From: Candidatus Latescibacterota bacterium
GTDB lineage: Bacteria; Latescibacterota; UBA2968; GCA-2709665
Direction of reading: 5' to 3'
Assembly: GCA_965116875.1 (NCBI GenBank)
Contig: OZ220733.1
Location: 640,001-704,000 of the forward strand
Length of the DNA: 64,000 nucleotides
Positions 39,951-49,064 of the stretch are shown here, piece after piece. The notes under the pieces were generated by a model, which made no database searches, was not told where the DNA came from, and saw only the letters and a list, made by a program, of their open reading frames with translations. Positions within the stretch are counted from its first letter, which is position 1, and each line of letters begins with the position of its first letter. The position numbers and the translations under genes are program-made.

Positions 39951-42209
39951 CACGTAATTGCCGTGCCAGCAGTCCTGCACCCACTCATACACGTTTCCGT
40001 GCATGTCGTGAAGTCCCCACTCATTGGCGGGAAACGAACCCACAGGCGCGGTGGTTCTCTCACCGTCCCACTGACTGCCGCAACCTGCGCAATTTGCCCG
40101 GTTGCTGCCGATCTCATCCCCCCAACTGTACTTCGTCGTCGTGCCCGCACGAGCCGCATACTCCCACTCGGCCTCGCTCGGCAGACGGTACCGCTCCTCT
40201 CCCGCCAACGTGTTTAGCCTCGCAATGAATGCCTGCGCATCGTTCCAAGTAACTAGCTCCACAGGACAAGCCCCGCATCCTTGGAAGTTTGACGGGTTGC
40301 TCTCCATCACCGCCTCCCACTGCGCCTGCGTCACCTCATACTTTCCCAAATAGAATCCTTGGCTGATAGTTACCGGATGTACTGGTCCTTCACTCGCAAC
40401 GCGACCCGCCTCCGATGGAGGAGAACCCATCCGAAAGGTCCCCGGCTTTATCCATACCATCTCCATCGACACTCCCCCCGGCAATGTGTAGATGGTTGGA
40501 GGGGGCAATACCACCACTTCCACCTGCTTGGCCAACCCATTAGCGCGGTCAAACACACTCAGAGTCGCTGTCTGCCCGCTGTCCCCGACCGCAATCATCC
40601 AAGCCACTGACGCATCAATCGGGTCCGGATTGATCGAGACGACATCGTCGTCGCTCGACTCCCATTTGTACTCTGGCGACCTGAAATCTGGAACCGTCGT
40701 CGCCTGTACGCGCACCGTATCGCCCTCGGTAATCCACAGTTCCTTGATTCCCTCAGGATTGGACGGCGACCGGTTGATGAACACCTCGGGGCGTACCGAA
40801 TGGAATTCCCGGCTGTTAAACTCCCCCCAGAGTACGAAGTTGTGTAGATTCTCTTTCACGCGCAGCTCCAGGCGATGAACCCGGTCGCCGCGTTTGGGGC
40901 TCAAGTATCGCAACCAGTAGAAGCTGTCCGCGAATGAGACGATCCTCTTCTGAATCTCGATAAACCGTTCGGCCAACTGGTCTGCCAGTTCGGTCACGTC
41001 CGTGATCTGGAAGAACCCCGCATTACCCAGTTCCTTCAGGACTTCCGGATCAATCTCGTTCCCCAACCCGATGGTATAGATGTTCTTCTTTCCCCGCGCC
41101 TCGAGCGCCTCGTCCAGGGTATAGGAGCCCTGCGTATCGCTCCCATCGGTCAGGATGACCAGGAACCCCTGCTCGACTTCAGTTGTCGAAAACACGTCCC
41201 GCCACCGTCCGGTTCCTGTGATGACGCTGCCGTACAGGTTGGTGGTGGAAAAGCCCAAGCGGATCTCCCGAATTGCTTTCGTCAGCGCTTCCACGTCGTT
41301 CGTGAAGTCCTGCAGCAGCACCGGGTCCTCTGAGAATTCATACAGGGCGATCTCCTGGTTCTCGGTCATGTTCTCCACCAGGACGATCGCGGCCTCCTTG
41401 ATCTGCTCCAGGTGGTCCTTTACGCTCGTACTGGTGTCGAGCATCAAAACCGTCTTCAGTTTGAAACGATGGGGCAGAGCTTTCCGCTTCTGTACGCGCA
41501 TCGCCGATTCGGAAGGGGAAACCTCCTGATCGTTCTCACGCACTTCGAAGTGTTCGGTGGTAAGCGCAGTGACGCCCCAGTTGTTGAAGTCGAGCACCTG
41601 GAACAGGATATTGACGAAGCTGGGCGCCTCGGTGGTGATCCGGTGCCCTACCAACTTGAATCGGAACTCCACCACCCTCACGGCGATGGTTTCGGAGTCG
41701 GTCCCGCCGCGGCCGTCGTCTACCGTGAAGGTAACGCGGTGGACGTCGCCTACGCCGCCGCTGGGCGTCCATTGGAACGTGGTCCCGGAAAACGACGCGC
41801 CAGGGGGCTGCCCGCTCACCCGGTACCGCAAATCATCCCCGTCCGGGTCCGTAGCCGCGAGTTCGATATTCAGCGGAACGCCAATGGGTACCCCCTGGTC
41901 GCCGATCCGCTCCAAAACGGGCGGATCGTTCGGGACGGAACTCATCCCGAAAAACCCGGCAAACGCCACGAAATCGGCGAAACCCACCTGCCCGTCGCCA
42001 TTCAGATCGTATTTCGCGTCGTACCTGCCATCGCCCGAACTGGTCCCGAAGTTGCCGGCGAACGCCACAAAATCGCTGAAACCGACCGTTCCATCGCCGT
42101 CGAAATCGGCGTCTGCGGCGGACTGGGCGTGGACAAAGGCAAGGCCGGCGAATGCGATTGCCGTCAGAGCGAGAGCGACGCAGACGGATGTTTTCGCGAG
42201 GTTCTTCAT
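39774..42209 (-). CDS. Secreted dockerin-like + Ig + vWA + Ig + FGE-sulfatase (SUMF1/C-lectin fold) protein
   Basis: Signal peptide; ADFDGDGTVGFSDF/DLNGDGQVGFADF; DPDGDDL Ig repeat; MIDAS DTSTS and LTDG; RLPSEAEWEYAARAG, GLHDMHGNVYEWVQD, RGGSW, GFRVAR. Confidence 0.9.
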   Translation of the reverse strand: MKNLAKTSVCVALALTAIAFAGLAFVHAQSAADADFDGDGTVGFSDFVAFAGNFGTSSGDGRYDAKYDLNGDGQVGFADFVAFAGFFGMSSVPNDPPVLERIGDQGVPIGVPLNIELAATDPDGDDLRYRVSGQPPGASFSGTTFQWTPSGGVGDVHRVTFTVDDGRGGTDSETIAVRVVEFRFKLVGHRITTEAPSFVNILFQVLDFNNWGVTALTTEHFEVRENDQEVSPSESAMRVQKRKALPHRFKLKTVLMLDTSTSVKDHLEQIKEAAIVLVENMTENQEIALYEFSEDPVLLQDFTNDVEALTKAIREIRLGFSTTNLYGSVITGTGRWRDVFSTTEVEQGFLVILTDGSDTQGSYTLDEALEARGKKNIYTIGLGNEIDPEVLKELGNAGFFQITDVTELADQLAERFIEIQKRIVSFADSFYWLRYLSPKRGDRVHRLELRVKENLHNFVLWGEFNSREFHSVRPEVFINRSPSNPEGIKELWITEGDTVRVQATTVPDFRSPEYKWESSDDDVVSINPDPIDASVAWMIAVGDSGQTATLSVFDRANGLAKQVEVVVLPPPTIYTLPGGVSMEMVWIKPGTFRMGSPPSEAGRVASEGPVHPVTISQGFYLGKYEVTQAQWEAVMESNPSNFQGCGACPVELVTWNDAQAFIARLNTLAGEERYRLPSEAEWEYAARAGTTTKYSWGDEIGSNRANCAGCGSQWDGERTTAPVGSFPANEWGLHDMHGNVYEWVQDCWHGNYVGAPADGSAWERDDCSRRVIRGGSWSAPPIHLRSAIRSEYATTNRHYAIGFRVARTLTP

Positions 42210-42284
42210 GCAATCCTCCAGGCTTCAGGTGGACGTTATTGACGCGGCGAGTCAAGGACGTGCATCCTGTCGGGGCAGATGAGC

Positions 42285-42460
42285 AGGGCAGGTTTGAAAC
42301 CTGCACCTACGGCTGTCGCATTGAGAAAGATTTCGGTCCTGTAATCGAAGCGAATGGATTCGGGCAGACAGAAATGTCCGCCCCACCTTCTCACTGATGT
42401 CCTCGGCATTATGGTCGCGGTAAACGTGACGTGGAGGGCGCCCACGAGGGACGCCCCTAC
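42285..42460 (-). repeat. Cluster of three REP-like hairpins
   Basis: Minus strand GTAG-GTGCAGGTTTCAAACCTGC (42285-42310), GTGG-GGCGGACATTTCTGTCTGCC (42362-42387), GTAG-GGGCGTCCCTCGTGGGCGCCC (42434-42460). Confidence 0.7.
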
Positions 42461-42496
42461 ATTACGTCGGACTTGCGGGCGCCAGATGTGGCGAAT

Positions 42497-42555
42497 CGCC
42501 GCATTTTGCAACGTTCGGATTCCCATTCGAATAAAACTGTCGCATTTTGCGACAG
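42497..42555. promoter_or_regulatory. Pair of 7-3-7 palindromic operator-like sites (TGTCGCA-TTT-TGCGACA)
   Basis: Perfect site at 42537-42555 and degenerate CGCCGCATTTTGCAACG at 42497-42513, upstream of the vWA-FGE gene. Confidence 0.6.
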
Positions 42556-42792
42556 CGCAGGCGCAAAACGAATTAAGGCCGCGGGTACCTGCCTACCAGG
42601 CAGGCAGACCGGTCGGCGCCGACTGTCCGGAGCGAGCGGATGGCGCCAATTCCGGCAGGCCCGCGACCACTGGACAAGGGCAGAACCACCCATCAACCGC
42701 CCGGTTTCCGCGAGAGGGCGATCTGGACGGCGACGTTGCCAGCGACCGAAGGAGTCCGGTTCATGGTTCGCGGATGAGTTTCGGCTCGTGGT

Positions 42793-43614
42793 TTATTTCA
42801 ACAACAACATCCGCCTGGACGCCGAGAAATCCCCGACGTTGATCGTATAGAAATAGACGCCGCTGCCAACACGACGTCCCTGTTCATCCGTCCCGTCCCA
42901 CGTCGCGGTGAATGAACCGGCCTGCATTTCCTCGTCGACCAGAACCCGTACCTCCTGGCCCAGCAGGTTATAGATCGTCAGCCGCACCCAACCCGCCTCG
43001 GGAAGCTGATATCCGATGACGGTGGCGGGGTTGAAGGGGTTCGGCACATTCTGATCCAGCGCGAATCGCTCGGGCAGCGCTTGCAGGTCCCCGATTTCTA
43101 CGCGTGCGGGCACGTCCAGCTTTCCGTCAAGGCCAACCAGCACGCTTTCCGAAATCTGAAAATCCGTAGCGGCCGGCGTTCCGCTCGTCGTGAAAACGAG
43201 TTCGACTAGCTCGCCCTGGCCGCTGATGCCCTGGCCGTCCACTTTCATCGCGGCAATTTCCAACTGGCCCGGCGTCCGGTCCGATGCCAGGAACAGGGTC
43301 TCCCGGCCGGAACCAGACTTGAGCAGGTTTCCGTCCGGTTCACTGGCTTTCACGAAATCATACTTCGCCGGATCGAACTGAAGCGATAAGCCATATCCCT
43401 TCAGATTCTTCGTATTTGACAGCGAGACGTGGATCTTCAGCACGCCACTCCCGTCGGCCGGGTCGTTCACGCGTTCGAGGACAAGCTTCGCCGAGGCGTT
43501 CTGACCTCCCGTAATGGTCAAGCCGCGTGTCAATTCACCCGCTGTGGCGGTAGCCGCGAGCGCCAGAGCGGCGCAGGTGGAGACTACAATCCGTTTCAAC
43601 ATATCATCCTCCAT
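42793..43614 (-). CDS. Secreted cohesin-like + FlgD-Ig / T9SS-sorting-like domain protein
   Basis: Signal peptide; NLKGYGLSLQFDPAKYDFV...SGQGELVELVF (cohesin-like); FALDQNVPNPFNPATVIGYQLP...IYNLLGQEVR...GSGVYFY..RRMLLLK. Confidence 0.85.
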   Translation of the reverse strand: MEDDMLKRIVVSTCAALALAATATAGELTRGLTITGGQNASAKLVLERVNDPADGSGVLKIHVSLSNTKNLKGYGLSLQFDPAKYDFVKASEPDGNLLKSGSGRETLFLASDRTPGQLEIAAMKVDGQGISGQGELVELVFTTSGTPAATDFQISESVLVGLDGKLDVPARVEIGDLQALPERFALDQNVPNPFNPATVIGYQLPEAGWVRLTIYNLLGQEVRVLVDEEMQAGSFTATWDGTDEQGRRVGSGVYFYTINVGDFSASRRMLLLK

Positions 43615-43736
43615 TTGGTAAGGTAGGCGTGGACGTTGTGTCGATTAAAGTCCCTTGCGCTGCGTCTATGAGAGTAGATGAAGGACTGTTGATGTTGCCG
43701 TTTCAGAGTTCTCGCTAGTGATAGTGGGACGAATCA

Positions 43737-43761
43737 GGCAGACAGGAATGTCCGCCCCACC
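43737..43761 (-). repeat. REP-like hairpin (copy of 42362-42387)
   Basis: GGCAGACAGGAATGTCCGCCCCACC, one mismatch to the copy at 42363. Confidence 0.7.
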
Positions 43762-43806
43762 TTCGCACAGACTTGGCCTTTGGTCTAGTCGCGGCGCCGG
43801 TGACCA

Positions 43807-45588
43807 CTATTGCGGGCAGTTGGGGCCACTTGTCTCTTTGATAGCCTGAAGCCAGGTCTGAAAGGTCGAATCGAGCGGTGCGCATAAGCCCGTGCCGGCG
43901 AAATAAAAGCCGAGCATTTCGGTCAGCCGGGTCAGGCTTTGCGGAAGCGCGCCCGTTAACGACTCGTTGTTATTTACCCGCAGATATTTCAGCTTGGACA
44001 GTTTCCCCAGTTCGATTGGAATCGGACCGCTTAGATCGTTGTTATTCAGGTCAAGGTTTTCAAGGTTGGCGAGATTGCCCAACTCAGGTGGAATCGGGCC
44101 GCTAAGACTGTTGTGATTCAGAGAAAGGCCCGGAAGGCTGGTGAGTTGACCCAGTTCGGCTGGAATTGGTCCAGTCAGCTGATTGAAACCAAGAAAGAAC
44201 CTTTCGGCCTTTTTCAGATTGCCCAGTTCCGCTGGAATCGAACCTGTGAGCTGATTTCCGGCAAGGGCGAACCCCCACAGGTTCGTGAGGTTGCCCAAAC
44301 CGGGTGGAATCGGACCGCTTAGCTGATTTCCGTTAAGCCACAGCGACTCCAGGTTGGACAGGTTGGCCAACTCGTCCGGGATTTCGCCCGTCAACTGGTT
44401 ACGGGTAAGAAGCAGGCCCTCCAGATGTTCCAGTCGGCCTAATTCCTCAGGAATCGAACCGTCAAGGAGATTAAAGGCCAGATGCAGCATTGTCAGGTTC
44501 CGGAGGTCCCCCAGTTGAACCGGTATCGGCCCGCTCAGTTGATTTGCCCAAAGTTCCAGCTGTGTAAGCCTCGAAAGATCAGCCAACTCGACTGGAATGG
44601 AACCGCTCAACGCGTTTCGGTCCAGTTTCAGGCTGTCCAGGTCGGTCAATTCGACCAGTACCAACGGGATTTCGCCCGTCAGGTTGTTCTGAGACAGGAC
44701 AAGACCGGCGACCCGGCCATCCTCAACCGTGACGCCATGCCATCTCTCGATAGGGCTTTCCGTCAGCCAGTTGTGCTGCGTCGTCCAATTGTGCCCTTCG
44801 GTAGCGTTGTATAGCGCGACGAGCGCGTCACGGTTTGGCGTAGCATGGGGAGACGGCGCCACTTCCTGCCCGAACTGACCGGCAAGCACGAGAAAGTCCG
44901 CGAAACCCACCGAGCCGTCGCTGTCCAGGTCGAACCGCGCTTCATACGTCCCATCACCTGCCGTCGTACCGTATTGAGCCGCAAACTGAAGAAAGTCGGA
45001 AAACCCCACCGCACCGTCCGCGTCGAAATCGGCTGACGGCCCCGAGGATGCCGCGTTCAACTCAATTGCGACGTTCACATTAATGGTGTCCTGTTGCCCA
45101 TCCCGGCCGAGCCTCGCTTCCACGATACGGATCGTGGTGCCAGTAAAAGTCGCCTTCGTGCGAAACTGCACGCTCGCAGCGAGACCGGTAGCCGCCGATG
45201 CATTGCCACCCATCGACGCGATTCCAAGAGAGACCGACGGAGGGTCCGTCCCGGTCTCCGTCAGCACCTGCGCATCGGGAAATACGTCCCCCGCAGCGGC
45301 GCCTTCGTACGACACCCGCCCGCTGTCGTATACGAATCGAATCTCGACCCCCTGCGTTCCGCTGACGCCACTCGCGTAAACATGGATCGATACGGTCTCT
45401 TCGGGGGACACGTCGACGGCCGTGACGCCCTGATCGCCGGCGGCGCCATCCACGTCCGCGGACAACGAAAAACTGTCCTGCGCAGATAGAGACAACGGGC
45501 AAAGCAGAAAGGCGCTGGCCAGCAAAACAAGACATTCGGTCCGTACCGGCCCGAAGAATTCCGTCACATAATGGCGTAGCGTAACCAT
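43807..45588 (-). CDS. Secreted cohesin-like + dockerin-like + plant-type LRR protein
   Basis: Signal region; GVEIRFVYDSGRVSY (cohesin-like); ADFDADGAVGFSDF/DLDSDGSVGFADF; RDALVALYNATEG..W cap; about 11 repeats of 24 aa, NxLxGxIPxELGxLxxL; GAGG RBS before ATG 45588. Confidence 0.88.
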   Translation of the reverse strand: MVTLRHYVTEFFGPVRTECLVLLASAFLLCPLSLSAQDSFSLSADVDGAAGDQGVTAVDVSPEETVSIHVYASGVSGTQGVEIRFVYDSGRVSYEGAAAGDVFPDAQVLTETGTDPPSVSLGIASMGGNASAATGLAASVQFRTKATFTGTTIRIVEARLGRDGQQDTINVNVAIELNAASSGPSADFDADGAVGFSDFLQFAAQYGTTAGDGTYEARFDLDSDGSVGFADFLVLAGQFGQEVAPSPHATPNRDALVALYNATEGHNWTTQHNWLTESPIERWHGVTVEDGRVAGLVLSQNNLTGEIPLVLVELTDLDSLKLDRNALSGSIPVELADLSRLTQLELWANQLSGPIPVQLGDLRNLTMLHLAFNLLDGSIPEELGRLEHLEGLLLTRNQLTGEIPDELANLSNLESLWLNGNQLSGPIPPGLGNLTNLWGFALAGNQLTGSIPAELGNLKKAERFFLGFNQLTGPIPAELGQLTSLPGLSLNHNSLSGPIPPELGNLANLENLDLNNNDLSGPIPIELGKLSKLKYLRVNNNESLTGALPQSLTRLTEMLGFYFAGTGLCAPLDSTFQTWLQAIKETSGPNCPQ

Positions 45589-45965
45589 GGTTTCCTCACT
45601 TTCTGTTCGTTGGATGGTGGTGAAGGGCCACTTGTTTTTCGATGTCCGACGGCCTGATTTGCATCCGGACGGCCGGGTAAGAGATATGTTTGAAAGTGAC
45701 GATGACACCGACCGAATCTTGGCGTAGACGAATGTGGCGATATTTCTCGACAGGGTTTCCCGCTTTTTTGATATTCGAGCTTTTGTCAATAGTCAGGCTT
45801 CACGCGGATTGCCTCTGCGTTTTCCCGAAATTTCCGCGGAGGGATTCCGTGGTATCTTCGAAAGGCTTCCTCAGGCCTGGTTTGATTTCTGAAACCGTGC
45901 GTTTCCGCGACGTTGTACAGAGAACATTGTCCGGATTACAACGTCTCCTTCGACGCCGGTTCCGG

Positions 45966-45994
45966 TTGACATTTCGGCCCCGGTCGGATATATT
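45966..45994 (+). promoter_or_regulatory. Near-consensus sigma70 promoter
   Basis: TTGACA-N17-TATATT. Confidence 0.65.
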
Positions 45995-46000
45995 GAAAAA

Positions 46001-46114
46001 TGAAGGCCGCGATCCGTCCTGCAGCGCAATCGCGCCAGGGACATATGGGCTGCGGACCTTTGTCGCGGGCCGTCGGTTGTCGACTTTGCGGGTCAGGGAA
46101 CCGACGGCTTTTTT
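46001..46114 (+). ncRNA. Candidate structured small RNA or leader RNA
   Basis: Starts just after the promoter; stems CCGCGA/TCGCGG and GTCC-GCAGC/GCTGCGGAC; ends in GCCGTCGGTT...AACCGACGGC-TTTTTT terminator; no convincing ORF. Confidence 0.45.
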
Positions 46115-46295
46115 GTTTTAAAGGTGAGCGTGCACCGGCAGATTTCTTACCCCTGCAACTACAATTGTTCGGGTATAATACTATTACCCATGATAATGAA
46201 CGACCGGCCCGAATTCAACCTATAAATCCGGTTTCAGGGCCGATTTTCGTGTTTTTTTTCAATTACTTACGGGATCGAACAGACCGGCGGGACCT

Positions 46296-46357
46296 TTCGT
46301 GTTGCATTTTGCAACACGTGTTGCAAAATGCAACACGAATTGATGCAAAATGCATCA
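46296..46357. promoter_or_regulatory. Perfect 44-bp palindrome built of 7-3-7 sites, plus a third site
   Basis: TTCGTGTTGCATTTTGCAACACGTGTTGCAAAATGCAACACGAA (46296-46339) and TGATGCAAAATGCATCA (46341-46357). Confidence 0.7.
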
Positions 46358-46769
46358 TTCCGACGTGTGATGCAGGTTTGGTGTCGCAGTTTGAATTCGT
46401 AAGGTGACACTGCGACGCATGATGCGACCATGTGAATTTGTGCAGTTTGCATTTGGAATGGTGTTGGAATCCACCCACCACATCAGCCGTCGCCGACCCT
46501 TCGACAATCTCTCGGCTGGCTCAGGACGACGGCTCAGAGGACGGCTCGGCTTCTGCCTGCTTCAGCATGCAGGCGACTCCACTCGTGGGGGGCGGATTGG
46601 CCCATCAAACGGGCGCGCGTTTTCTCTGCCATCGACCGTATGCGGCTGAACGTCCCGAAGCCGTGCGAGAAATCAGGATCGATGACGTCGTCATCATTGT
46701 TTCCCTGTGTCTCGAGTGGCGCTGAAAGCCGATCGCTGACCGCTTTATTTTTGGATTGTTGTATATTCG

Positions 46770-47738
46770 ATGGCCACCCCAATCACCGTACCCTTCGCGC
46801 AGGCTCTCGAGTCGGGCGACATGTTGTCAATTCAGCGCGCGCCGAAAGCCGACTTCCATCGCCATGCATTCTTTGGGACGTTCATCGAGAACGTGGAGCG
46901 CTGGCTTGGGTTCGCGTTGGAACGCCCCACGCTTCCGTTGCCCGGCCTGAAGGCGATGGAGGACTACGCAATCAGAGTCCTGGGGCCCCATATCAGTTCG
47001 CGGGCGGCTTTTGAATTCACGGCCGGGGCGGCGATCAACGACGCGATTGAAGACGGCGTCCGATGTCTTGAGATGAGCTTCGACGTACGGTCCGCCGGTC
47101 ATTTCGAACGCGGCTTCGCGGAATTCGCGTCTACCATCCAGGAACTGAGGGAACGATATTGCGACCGGATCGATCTCAGGCCGGAACTCGGCATCCCGCG
47201 GGAAATCGTCGCCGACAGGGAGATGGTCCATCGCGTACACGAGGGAATCGACTCGGGCGTTTTCCTTTCAATCGACCTCTATGCCGACGAAAACGCGTGT
47301 TCCGTGGACGCCGTGATTCCCATCTACAGAAGTGCAGGGTCAGCCGGAATGAAATTGAAGGCGCACGTTGGCGAATTCGGCGGGGCCGAACGCGTGCGGG
47401 AGACGGCCGGAGCCCTCGAGCTGGATGAGATACAACACGGCATCGCGGCTGCTGAATCGCCCGGTGTGATGCGATGGTTGTCGGAAAACCGGATTCGCCT
47501 CCACGTCTGCCCGTCCAGCAACGTCATGCTGGGCGCCGTGGACTCACTCCAGTCGCATCCGATTCGAGCACTCTTCGATCACGGCGTGGAGGTTAGCGTG
47601 AATACGGACGATCCGATGATTTTCGGGCAAAGCGTCTCGCAGGAGTACATGAACCTGTATGAAGCGGGTGTCTTCCGTCCCGAGGAACTGGATGCGATTC
47701 GAGTCACATCTCTCGCCACGCGATCCTGTTCCAGATAA
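46770..47738 (+). CDS. Adenosine deaminase family protein
   Basis: PKADFHRH, AHVGE, IQHG, VCPSSN, HPI, VNTDDP. Confidence 0.85.
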   Translation: MATPITVPFAQALESGDMLSIQRAPKADFHRHAFFGTFIENVERWLGFALERPTLPLPGLKAMEDYAIRVLGPHISSRAAFEFTAGAAINDAIEDGVRCLEMSFDVRSAGHFERGFAEFASTIQELRERYCDRIDLRPELGIPREIVADREMVHRVHEGIDSGVFLSIDLYADENACSVDAVIPIYRSAGSAGMKLKAHVGEFGGAERVRETAGALELDEIQHGIAAAESPGVMRWLSENRIRLHVCPSSNVMLGAVDSLQSHPIRALFDHGVEVSVNTDDPMIFGQSVSQEYMNLYEAGVFRPEELDAIRVTSLATRSCSR

Positions 47739-47897
47739 TATCGGATACATTGGAAACAACAAGCCCTTGATTCGGGAATTGATGGGTCACGGGAAGTTCG
47801 AGGGCAGGATGCCCTCGCTCCGGATACTAGTGTATCAGGCCGTGATAGAAGGCAGATTGCCTTCGGTGGCGGCGGGACCAGGAAACGGAGAAAGACG

Positions 47898-48878
47898 ATG
47901 AGGGAAATCGTGATGTTCGGCGGCACGGCGCATCCGGAACTGGCCGAAGACATCTGCAGACACCTCGGCGTGGCCCGCAGCCGAAGCACGTTGAATCAGT
48001 TCAGCAACGGTTGCTTCCAGGTGCAACTCGAGGCCAATTGCAGGGAGGCCGACGTTTTTCTCATACAACCGATGGTGATGCCGGTTCACGATCATCTTAT
48101 GGAACTGTTGCAGATGCTCGACGCTGCCAGGGGCGCATCCGCGGCACGCACGACGGCGGTCATCCCCTATTTCGGTTATGCGCGTTCGGACAAGAAAGAC
48201 GCGCCCCGGATCTCCATTGCCGCCCGGCTTGTCGCGGACATGCTCTACACGGCCGGCGCCAGCCGCGTCCTCACGATGACGCTCCACGCGGCGCAGGTGC
48301 ACGGCTTCTTCAGCGTACCCGTGGACCACCTCAACGCGCTCAACATCCTGGCCGGTCACTTTCTGGGCCGCAATCTGGACAATACGGTGGTCGTCTCGCC
48401 CGACCTTGGACGGGCGAAAGACGCCGCCCAGTTCGCCAGGATGCTGAAACTGCCGGTGGCCGCGGGCAGCAAGCGCCGCATCTCCGACACAAAGGTGGTG
48501 ATCGACGCGATCGTGGGCGACGTGGACGACAGGAGGGTCATCGTCCTGGACGACGAGATCGCCACAGGCGGGACCCTTGTCGAGTTGATCCGCCGCCTCC
48601 GGGACCGGCGGGTCAGCGAAATCACAATCGCATGCACGCACGGCCTGTTTACGAGCAACGCGCTTGCGCGCTTCTGCGCGTTCGATGAAGTGAAGGAAGT
48701 CGTGACAACGGATACCGTGCCCCTGCCCCCGTCAATTCAGTCGCATCCGAAACTGGCGACGTTGTCCGTGGCGCCCCTCCTTGCGGAAGCCATTCGCAGA
48801 ATTCACAATGGCGAGTCGGTCAGCAGCCTGTTCACGGAGCCGGAATGGATCGCGGAAGGCGAATCCGGGAGCCCGTAA
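47898..48878 (+). CDS. prs: Ribose-phosphate pyrophosphokinase
   Basis: VIPYFGYARSDKK, VVSPDLG, LDDEIATGGT, CTHG, IRRIHNGESVSSLF. Confidence 0.93.
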   Translation: MREIVMFGGTAHPELAEDICRHLGVARSRSTLNQFSNGCFQVQLEANCREADVFLIQPMVMPVHDHLMELLQMLDAARGASAARTTAVIPYFGYARSDKKDAPRISIAARLVADMLYTAGASRVLTMTLHAAQVHGFFSVPVDHLNALNILAGHFLGRNLDNTVVVSPDLGRAKDAAQFARMLKLPVAAGSKRRISDTKVVIDAIVGDVDDRRVIVLDDEIATGGTLVELIRRLRDRRVSEITIACTHGLFTSNALARFCAFDEVKEVVTTDTVPLPPSIQSHPKLATLSVAPLLAEAIRRIHNGESVSSLFTEPEWIAEGESGSP

Positions 48879-49064
48879 GAAATCGTTGAAGGCATCCCGT
48901 CTGCGTGACGATCGGACGACAAGTCGTTCAGTGCGCAATGAAGATTGAGTAACGAGTCGTGGTCATTGCGGTGGAATACGAGCCGGGCGACTCGACGACC
49001 GAATTCAGGCAACTGCCTCCAGGACAGAACACTTAGCGTCGTTTGATTCTCTCTACCATTCGAG

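Noticed and set aside
46296-46430. CRISPR array
   Set aside because: Repeats are 17-19 bp palindromes without unique spacers of regular length; no cas genes.
34396-46770. Intact integrative element or prophage at tRNA-Gln
   Set aside because: No integrase, phage genes or duplicated tRNA 3' end seen.
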